A DNA stretch of 10,786 nt, from contig NQJD01000056.1 in the NCBI GenBank assembly GCA_004284765.1, positions 1 through 10,786 of the forward strand, given 5' to 3'. This stretch comes from Candidatus Electronema aureum. GTDB lineage: Bacteria; Desulfobacterota; Desulfobulbia; Desulfobulbales; Desulfobulbaceae. Below the pieces are notes generated by a model that saw only the letters and a list, made by a program, of their open reading frames with translations, ran no database searches and had not been told where the DNA came from. The translations under genes and the position numbers were made by a program. Below are positions 1-6,729 of the stretch, in pieces (position 1 is the first letter of the stretch; the number at the start of each line of letters is the position of its first letter).

Positions 1-76
1 GACAGCAATAACAAAATCGTCTCGATCCATTGGCGCACTCCTTGTGAATAGGGCTTAGATACCACTATTCTACAGG

Positions 77-105
77 ATGCGCCCAATGGATCGGGCATCT
101 TTTTT
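77..105 (+). terminator. Candidate rho-independent terminator of a gene ending at or before the left edge
   Basis: The 5' arm GATG(CG)CCC (77-85) pairs with GGGCATC (93-99), with a 2-nt bulge and a 7-nt loop (ATGGATC), giving 7 bp. It is followed directly by T6 (100-105). Two + strand frames are open from position 1 and stop at 49-51 or 55-57, consistent with an upstream gene ending here. The stem is imperfect and no energy was calculated. Confidence 0.4.
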
Positions 106-150
106 AAGAGTTGCACATTAGGTAGCATTATCTCTTGGCATCTTCTTGAC

Positions 151-923
<773 letters not shown>

Positions 924-928
<5 letters not shown>

Positions 929-953
929 GGGCGACCCGCGAATCGCCCCTACC
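924..953. terminator. GC-rich perfect hairpin between convergent genes (possible terminator, orientation uncertain)
   Basis: GGTAGGGGCGA (924-934) and TCGCCCCTACC (943-953) form a perfect 11-bp stem around an 8-nt loop (CCCGCGAA). The hairpin overlaps the TAG stop of the FGE tail. No T-run follows on the + strand. On the - strand it is followed by TGCCGTCTTTCTCC, which is only weakly U-rich. It lies 117 nt beyond the transporter stop. Confidence 0.4.
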
Positions 954-1069
954 AAACCTGCATCGAATTTCGCTCGGCAAGAAAGAAGTTCTGCTTGGCC
1001 GCAACTGAATTCTGCCGACTTGGATAAACGATCAGCCGGGGGGCTGCCCCTAGTTCAGGCAAACGCGCC

Positions 1070-2485
1070 TTACCGAAAAAACACCAGCGTCACCACCACG
1101 AAAATCGGAATTAGGATTGCGCCAGACCACGCCATATAGCCAAAGAAGCTCGGCATCTTGACCTTATTCTCCTCGGCGATGGCCTTGACCATGAAATTCG
1201 GGCCGTTGCCGATGTAGGTGTTCGCGCCCATGAAGACCGCGCCGCAGGAGATGGCGACGAGGATGTCCGTCGCCTTCGCGCCGCCCGTAGCAAGAAATTC
1301 AGCCAAATATTTCTGGCTCTCCACGCTCACGCCCATGCTGCCTGCGGCGGTGGCGGCAAAGGTCAAGTATGTCGGCGCGTTGTCGAGAAAGCTGGACAGC
1401 AGGCCGGTCGCCCAGAAGAACTGCCACGGCTCATTCAGGCCCAGCTCTTTGCCATGCACATTCAGCACGGTCAGCGGCGCGATCATGGTGATGAAGATGC
1501 CGAAAAAGAGCACCGCCACCTCGATGATCGGGGCGAAAGTGAAGCTGTTGGCCGCCCGGATGTCCTTCTTGGTCGTGAAATACGCGGCCAGCGTGAGCGC
1601 GGTCATCAGAGCTTCCTGCACGCCGAGAGGCCATTCACCGCCCCAGCCCTGCCCTTTGCCAAGGATCACCAGCACAATGCCAGCGAGAAAAAGGAAGTTG
1701 TGCCAGCCGACTATGCCCAGCGGCTCATGCTCCAGCACCTGCTCCAGCTGCGAGCCTTTGCGCTCCTTTTCCTCGCGGTCGAGCATGTATTGATCCACGA
1801 TATTGCCGATGACGATCAGCAGGCCGTTGACCAAGAGCCACTCTTTCCAGAGCTGGAACGTCCAGCTGAAGGGCACGCCTTTGAGAAAACCGAGGAAGAG
1901 CGGCGGGTCGCCGAGCGGGGTGAGCAGACCGCCGCAGTTGGAGACCACAAAGATGAAGAAGACCACCAGATGTACCTTTCTTTCCCGCGCTTGATTGGCC
2001 CGGAGGAGCGGGCGGATGAGCACCATTGACGCGCCGGTTGTGCCGATCAAACTGGCAAAAACTGCGCCGATGATCAGAAACATTGAGTTGGACAGCGGAG
2101 TTCCGGCCAGCGAGCCTTTGATATAAATCCCGCCTGAGATGACAAAGAGCGCGGCCAGCAGGACGATGAACGGCAGATATTCATACAGCACTGCATGAAG
2201 CAGGCTTACCCAGCCTGCATGACCAAAGGAAACCAGCATGTAGGTGGCGAAGATAAGAGCGAAAAATCCGCTCACTAAAGCACGGTTGCGATTACTCTCC
2301 CACCAATGATGCGCCGCTAACGGCAATACAGCGATGCAGAGTAAAAGCGAAGCAAAAGGGAATATCCACAGCGGAGAGATGTTGATACCCGCGCCTTCTG
2401 AGGCCAGCGCAAGGACTGGGAAACACAGCAGCAGTGCTGAGGCGGTCAGCAAGCTGCCGGAAAAACGGATAAACCTTTTTTTCAT
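1070..2485 (-). CDS. Polytopic ion transporter of the ArsB/NhaD permease superfamily (this type is usually annotated sodium:proton antiporter)
   Basis: The 471-aa ORF is the only long ORF here with a membrane-protein-like translation. It is hydrophobic throughout, with many predicted helices, and has a conserved-looking C-terminal block GANTYIGNGPNFMVKAIAEE. The N-terminus is signal-like (MKKRFIRFSGSLLTASALLLCFPVLALA). An SD (AGGTG) lies 5 nt upstream of the ATG (complement of 2491-2495). The family was assigned from memory of the overall sequence character, not from an alignment. Confidence 0.75.
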   Translation of the reverse strand: MKKRFIRFSGSLLTASALLLCFPVLALASEGAGINISPLWIFPFASLLLCIAVLPLAAHHWWESNRNRALVSGFFALIFATYMLVSFGHAGWVSLLHAVLYEYLPFIVLLAALFVISGGIYIKGSLAGTPLSNSMFLIIGAVFASLIGTTGASMVLIRPLLRANQARERKVHLVVFFIFVVSNCGGLLTPLGDPPLFLGFLKGVPFSWTFQLWKEWLLVNGLLIVIGNIVDQYMLDREEKERKGSQLEQVLEHEPLGIVGWHNFLFLAGIVLVILGKGQGWGGEWPLGVQEALMTALTLAAYFTTKKDIRAANSFTFAPIIEVAVLFFGIFITMIAPLTVLNVHGKELGLNEPWQFFWATGLLSSFLDNAPTYLTFAATAAGSMGVSVESQKYLAEFLATGGAKATDILVAISCGAVFMGANTYIGNGPNFMVKAIAEENKVKMPSFFGYMAWSGAILIPIFVVVTLVFFR

Positions 2486-2560
2486 TTTTTCACCTGCTTA
2501 TTATGTTATAGAAGCAACCATCAATGATGCTTGATGCCCGCAGTCTGTCTGTTCCGATAA

Positions 2561-2590
2561 ACAATACGGGAAAAAGCTGTAGAAAGTCAA
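2561..2590 (-). promoter_or_regulatory. Candidate sigma70-type promoter for the transporter gene
   Basis: On the - strand there is TTGACT (complement of 2585-2590), 18 nt of spacer, then TATTGT (complement of 2561-2566), about 75 nt upstream of the ATG. The -10 element is weak and the spacer is long. Confidence 0.3.
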
Positions 2591-2659
2591 TCTGAAACGG
2601 CATGGATAGGCGCGGGCGGGCGCGATTTTATCTTGACAAGAGGGCCTAAAGGAGAGTAT

Positions 2660-2698
2660 TTTTGACTCATGCTATCTACTGGTTATAATGAGTCAAAA
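2660..2698. promoter_or_regulatory. Perfect 11-bp inverted repeat bracketing the pot promoter (candidate operator)
   Basis: TTTTGACTCAT (2660-2670) and ATGAGTCAAAA (2688-2698) are exact reverse complements separated by 17 nt. The left arm contains the -35 hexamer. The right arm starts inside the -10 hexamer and covers the predicted start site. Confidence 0.5.
2662..2689 (+). promoter_or_regulatory. Near-consensus sigma70 promoter of the pot operon
   Basis: TTGACT (2662-2667), a 16-nt spacer, then TATAAT (2684-2689). This predicts a transcription start near 2696 and a leader of about 83 nt before the GTG at 2779. Confidence 0.55.
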
Positions 2699-2714
2699 TC
2701 ATATCAATTGCAAC

Positions 2715-2758
2715 GAAATGCCTCTTGTCGCCGCAGCGGTGGACAACGAAGCAATTTC
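2715..2758 (+). promoter_or_regulatory. Hairpin in the pot 5' leader (possible attenuator or structured leader)
   Basis: GAAATGCCTCTTGTC (2715-2729) pairs with GACAACGAAGCAATTTC (2742-2758) over about 14 bp, with two bulges and one mismatch, around a 12-nt GC-rich loop. It is followed by the U-rich stretch ATTATTA. Structure was judged by eye only. Confidence 0.3.
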
Positions 2759-2778
2759 ATTATTAGCGGGTTGATTCT

Positions 2779-3891
2779 GTGAAAAGTAGTCAAGTTACAA
2801 TTGAGAATGTCTCGAAAAATTTTGGCGATTTCTTTGCTTTGAAAAATACGTCGCTGACCATCAGTAAGGGTGGTTTTTATTCTTTACTCGGTCCTTCAGG
2901 CTGCGGCAAAACTACACTGCTCCGCATTATTGGCGGATTTGAAATGCCGACCGAAGGAGCTGTTTATTTTGATGGTGTGAATGTATTGCCGCTGCCACCA
3001 AACAAACGACATGTAAATACTATTTTCCAAAATTATGCCCTCTTTCCTCATCTGACGGTCTTTGAAAATGTCGCTTTTGCTCTCCGACTGAAGAAAATTG
3101 GCGAGAAGGAGATCAAAATATCCGTACAGGAAAATCTTGAATTAGTCAGAATGGAGACGGAGAGCAAAAAATACCCGCGCCAGCTTTCTGGCGGCCAAAA
3201 GCAGCGCATCGCCATTGCCCGCGCTTTGATCAATCAGCCGCAAGTGCTGCTTCTTGACGAGCCACTGTCAGCCTTGGATGCCAAATTGCGACAACACATG
3301 CTGTTAGAATTGGATGCAATTCATGACAAGGTTGGTATCACTTTTATCTATGTCACTCATGATCAAGCAGAAGCTCTCAGTGTATCAGATCAAGTCTGCG
3401 TACTGAATAAAGGTGAAATCCAGCAGATCGGTACGCCTTCAGAAATTTACGAAAGTCCTGCCAATGAGTTTGTTGCCCGCTTTATTGGCGAGACGAATTA
3501 CATCAGAGGGAAAATTACTGCTATTACTGACGCGGAACATGCAGTTTTTGAATCACCTGATTACGGAAACTTCACTATCTATCTTGATAAACCAGTACAA
3601 GAAGGCAGTGAAGTTGCAGTAACAGTGCGACCGGAGAAGATTCGTATTGCCCCAGAGAAGCCAGAAAAATTGCCACCAGATGTCAATGTGCTATCTGGTG
3701 TGGTCGAAGATATGATTTATACCGGCTTCCAGACAAAATATTTTGTTCGTGTCAGCCAAAATAAAGAACCGCTGGTTGTTTTCCGCCAGCATGTGCAGTA
3801 TTTCATGGACGAAAAGCCAATCACCTGGAAAGATAAGGTTAGCATTTGGTGGAATACAAAAGACAGTTTCATGGTGGAGGTGAATAGATAA
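2779..3891 (+). CDS. potA: Spermidine/putrescine ABC transporter ATP-binding protein
   Basis: 370 aa with a GTG start. It has Walker A GPSGCGKTT, Q-loop FQNYALFPH, ABC signature LSGGQKQR, Walker B LLLDEPLSALD, and an H-loop in YVTHDQ. A C-terminal regulatory (TOBE-like) extension is typical of PotA/CysA-type ATPases. It is first in a potABCD-ordered operon. The SD is weak (GCGGG, 8 nt upstream). Confidence 0.9.
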   Translation: MKSSQVTIENVSKNFGDFFALKNTSLTISKGGFYSLLGPSGCGKTTLLRIIGGFEMPTEGAVYFDGVNVLPLPPNKRHVNTIFQNYALFPHLTVFENVAFALRLKKIGEKEIKISVQENLELVRMETESKKYPRQLSGGQKQRIAIARALINQPQVLLLDEPLSALDAKLRQHMLLELDAIHDKVGITFIYVTHDQAEALSVSDQVCVLNKGEIQQIGTPSEIYESPANEFVARFIGETNYIRGKITAITDAEHAVFESPDYGNFTIYLDKPVQEGSEVAVTVRPEKIRIAPEKPEKLPPDVNVLSGVVEDMIYTGFQTKYFVRVSQNKEPLVVFRQHVQYFMDEKPITWKDKVSIWWNTKDSFMVEVNR

Positions 3892-3892
3892 A

Positions 3893-4723
3893 ATGCGGAG
3901 AAATTACGGGCCGATCTACGTGGCCCCTATCACCTTTTGGCTCTGTGCTTTTCTCTCGGTGCCACTGCTCATCACCTTGAGCTACAGCTTTATGGAAAAA
4001 GGACTGTATGGCGGTGTAGAACTGCATTTTTCTTTAGCGGCTTATAAATCGCTGCTCAACACAGCAGTTTTAAAGGTACTGCTCAACACTATCATTATTG
4101 CTGTGGCTTCCACGACGATCATCGTTATCTTGGCTCTGCCGACAGCCTATTACATTGCCAGAAGTTCAAAGAAAAATATACTGCTCATGCTGATCATTAT
4201 TCCTTTTTGGACTAATTTCCTGATCAGAATTTATGCTTGGATTGCCATTCTTGGCAGCAATGGCCTACTCAATAGTTTTTTACTCTCAACCGGGTTGATC
4301 GATTCACATATTCAGTTCCTCTACAACCGCTACGCAATCATCTTAGTCATTATCTATACCACCATTCCCTTTGCCATTTTTCCGCTTTACTCAACGATTG
4401 AGAAATTTGATTTTTCTCTCATAGAAGCGGCAATGGATTTGGGAGCATCTAAAAAAAGAGCGTTATGGGAAGTCATGATTCCAAACATCCGCACTGGTAT
4501 CATTACCGCAGTACTGTTTACTTTTATACCTATTTTCGGTAATTTCGCTGTGCCACAGTTAGTTGGCGGGACATCATCGTGGATGCTCGGTAATCTCATT
4601 GTCCGCGAGTTGAACATAACCAGAAACTGGCCGTTAGCCTCCTCTATATCCGTTGTTTTAACCTCTGTGACCATGATTGGGGTACTATTCTTCATGCGCT
4701 CGCAAAGCAAGAAGGAGCTTTGA
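3893..4723 (+). CDS. potB: Spermidine/putrescine ABC transporter permease
   Basis: 276 aa and hydrophobic, with about 6 predicted helices. The EAA-type loop is IEAAMDLGASKKRALWEVMIP. The ATG lies 1 nt after the potA stop. GGAGG (3876-3880) sits upstream. Confidence 0.9.
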   Translation: MRRNYGPIYVAPITFWLCAFLSVPLLITLSYSFMEKGLYGGVELHFSLAAYKSLLNTAVLKVLLNTIIIAVASTTIIVILALPTAYYIARSSKKNILLMLIIIPFWTNFLIRIYAWIAILGSNGLLNSFLLSTGLIDSHIQFLYNRYAIILVIIYTTIPFAIFPLYSTIEKFDFSLIEAAMDLGASKKRALWEVMIPNIRTGIITAVLFTFIPIFGNFAVPQLVGGTSSWMLGNLIVRELNITRNWPLASSISVVLTSVTMIGVLFFMRSQSKKEL

Positions 4724-4725
4724 GC

Positions 4726-5505
4726 ATGACAAAACCGGGAAAATTTTCATTGGGTGTATTTTCTTTTGTCACGATCTTTCTCCATATTCCTTTAGCCATA
4801 TTGGTCATTTCTTCATTTAACAGCTCAAAGTCGATGCGCTGGGAAGGATTCTCTCTCAAATGGTATCACGAGCTTTTTTACAACTCAGAACCACTGTGGC
4901 ATAGTTTCTACAACAGTTTTATTGTTGCGATTTCGTCCGCAATAGTTGCTACCATCATCGGTTCATTGGGAGCGATAGGGCTTTGCTGGTACAATTTCAG
5001 GATGAAGAAAACCATTCAGGCTCTGACGTTTTTTCCGATCATTCTGCCAGAAATTATTATTGGCGTATCTATTCTCATCTTCTTCAACAAAATTGGTTTA
5101 AACCTGAGCTTACTTACTATTTTTCTCGCTCATGTCACCTTCAATATTCCTTTTGTCCTCATGACCGTAATGGCACGGTTGGAGGAATTTGATTTCTCTA
5201 TTATTGAAGCAGCATACGATCTGGGAGCCAGTGAATTTGATATGCTGATACGGGTTCTTCTGCCGATTTCAATGCCTGGTATTGTTGCCGGACTGCTACT
5301 GGCAGTAACCTTATCGCTGGAAGATTTTGTCATCACCTTCTTTGTTGCCGGGCCTGGCTCTTCTACCTTACCACTGCATATTTTTTCTATGATTCGTTTC
5401 GGCGTATCGCCAACCATCAACGCCTTGTCTGTGGTTATTATTGCAGGCACCGCTCTATTGGCATTATCAACTAGAAACCTCTACTCTTCCCTACTGAAGA
5501 GCTGA
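4726..5505 (+). CDS. potC: Spermidine/putrescine ABC transporter permease
   Basis: Hydrophobic permease with the EAA loop IEAAYDLGASEFDMLIRVLLP. I prefer ATG 4726, which has GAAGGAG (4711-4717) 8 nt upstream, over the TTG at 4720 given in the ORF track. Either start is tightly packed against the potB stop (4721-4723). Confidence 0.9.
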   Translation: MTKPGKFSLGVFSFVTIFLHIPLAILVISSFNSSKSMRWEGFSLKWYHELFYNSEPLWHSFYNSFIVAISSAIVATIIGSLGAIGLCWYNFRMKKTIQALTFFPIILPEIIIGVSILIFFNKIGLNLSLLTIFLAHVTFNIPFVLMTVMARLEEFDFSIIEAAYDLGASEFDMLIRVLLPISMPGIVAGLLLAVTLSLEDFVITFFVAGPGSSTLPLHIFSMIRFGVSPTINALSVVIIAGTALLALSTRNLYSSLLKS

Positions 5506-5530
5506 ATTTCAATTTCTCAAGGAGCTAATC

Positions 5531-6643
5531 ATGAAGAAATCGCCGTTGCTGCTGCTTTCAGCAGTCCTTGCTTGCCTGTCTCTCTTCGGATGTTCAGAGC
5601 AGAAAAAAGAAGAAGCACCGCAGCAAAAGAAACAGGAAGGCCAAGCTGAAGCGCAGAAAGAAGGTCAGGCGAAAAAAACAGATGCCCAGCAAACGTTGTA
5701 CATCTACAATTGGACCTACTATATTCCTGATCAGGTTGTAAAAGACTTTGAAAAGGAATATAACGCGAAGGTTGTCTATGATATGTACGCTTCCAACGAA
5801 GAGATGTTTACCAAGCTGAAGGCTGGCGGCAGCGGCTATGACTTGGTCTTTCCTTCTGGCGATTATGTCTCCATCATGATCAAAGAAAATATGCTGGAGC
5901 AGATTGATCGCGCTAAGGTGCCTAACTTCAAGAACCTTGACCCAGCCGTACTAGCGAAGATTCATTTCGATGAAGGGTCGAAATACTCCGTGCCGTATAT
6001 GATGGGAGCAGCAGGCGTGGCGGTGAACAAGAAGCATGTCCCGAATTTTGACAAAAGCTGGTCGCTCTTCAACCGGGAAGACCTGAAAGGCCGGATGACC
6101 ATGCTCGATGACATGCGCGAGGTACTGGGTGCTGCTCTGAAATCACTGGGCTACTCAGTCAACACCAAGAACCTAGATGAGCTGGAGAAAGCAAAGGAGC
6201 TGGTCAAGCAGTGGAAGACGAAGATCGTCAAGTTTGACGCTGAATCCTTTGGGAAAGGCTTTGCTGCTGGGGAGTTCTGGGTAGTTCAGGGCTATCAGGA
6301 GAACATCTTCCTTGAGCTGGACGAGTCGGCCAGAAAGGATGTCGAGTTCTTTATTCCCAAAGAGGGCAGTGCCATGTATATGGACAACATGGTGCTGCTC
6401 AAGAATGCTAAGAACAAAGAGCTAGCCTACACCTTCATGAACTACATTCATGAACCAAAGGTGTATGCTCAGATCGTTGATTTTCTAATGCTGCCTTCAA
6501 TCAATGTTCCTGCCCGTGATATCCGTACTGTGAAGCCGAACTACGAAATTGCTGATCTGGATCGGTCGGAGTTCAAGGAAGACCTTGGCGAATCGCTCAA
6601 TGAATATAACCAGGTCTGGCAGAAGATCATTGTTGGCGAGTAA
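5531..6643 (+). CDS. potD: Polyamine (spermidine/putrescine) periplasmic substrate-binding lipoprotein, PotD/PotF family
   Basis: 370 aa. The signal peptide has a lipobox-like LSLFGC (Cys21), followed by a K/E/Q-rich tether. The PotD-like core follows: YIYNWTYYIPDQVVKDFEKEY, GYDLVFPSGDY and VPYMMGAAGVAVN. AAGGAG lies 6 nt upstream of the ATG. It is last in the operon. Ligand preference cannot be read from the sequence. Confidence 0.85.
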   Translation: MKKSPLLLLSAVLACLSLFGCSEQKKEEAPQQKKQEGQAEAQKEGQAKKTDAQQTLYIYNWTYYIPDQVVKDFEKEYNAKVVYDMYASNEEMFTKLKAGGSGYDLVFPSGDYVSIMIKENMLEQIDRAKVPNFKNLDPAVLAKIHFDEGSKYSVPYMMGAAGVAVNKKHVPNFDKSWSLFNREDLKGRMTMLDDMREVLGAALKSLGYSVNTKNLDELEKAKELVKQWKTKIVKFDAESFGKGFAAGEFWVVQGYQENIFLELDESARKDVEFFIPKEGSAMYMDNMVLLKNAKNKELAYTFMNYIHEPKVYAQIVDFLMLPSINVPARDIRTVKPNYEIADLDRSEFKEDLGESLNEYNQVWQKIIVGE

Positions 6644-6664
6644 TTTCTGCCGCTTAGATTTAAT

Positions 6665-6702
6665 AAAAAGGGTGAAGCAGCTTCTTTGCTTCACCCTTTT
6701 TT
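6665..6702 (+). terminator. Rho-independent terminator of the pot operon
   Basis: GGGTGAAGCA (6670-6679) pairs perfectly with TGCTTCACCC (6687-6696) around a 7-nt loop, followed by T6 (6697-6702). A5 upstream (6665-6669) makes it potentially bidirectional. Confidence 0.85.
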
Positions 6703-6729
6703 ATTTCCCGCCTTTGTCATATCAACACC

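Noticed and set aside
1-57. Possible 3' end of an upstream + strand gene (frame 1 stops at 49-51, frame 2 at 55-57).
   Set aside because: Fewer than 20 codons are visible and two frames are equally open, so neither frame nor product can be supported. I mention it only as context for the terminator at 77-105.
1111-2029. Five long ORFs overlapping the transporter gene on both strands (1111-1293 -, 1218-1793 +, 1431-1634 -, 1454-2029 +, 1803-1994 +).
   Set aside because: Their translations are Arg/Pro/Ala/Ser-rich low-complexity strings with no recognisable motifs. Long open frames of this kind are expected by chance in GC-rich DNA. The 471-aa - strand frame is the only one with a coherent membrane-protein sequence and an SD.
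2609-2624. A 16-nt all-G/C block, GGCGCGGGCGGGCGCG, in an otherwise AT-rich intergenic region.
   Set aside because: It is striking to the eye, but only a 4-bp CGCG/CGCG stem is possible and there is no second copy in the window. Nothing supports a specific function.
4720-4725. TTG at 4720 as the potC start, as given in the ORF track.
   Set aside because: ATG 4726 has better spacing (8 nt) from GAAGGAG. TTG 4720 would sit only 2 nt after the SD. The choice changes only two residues.
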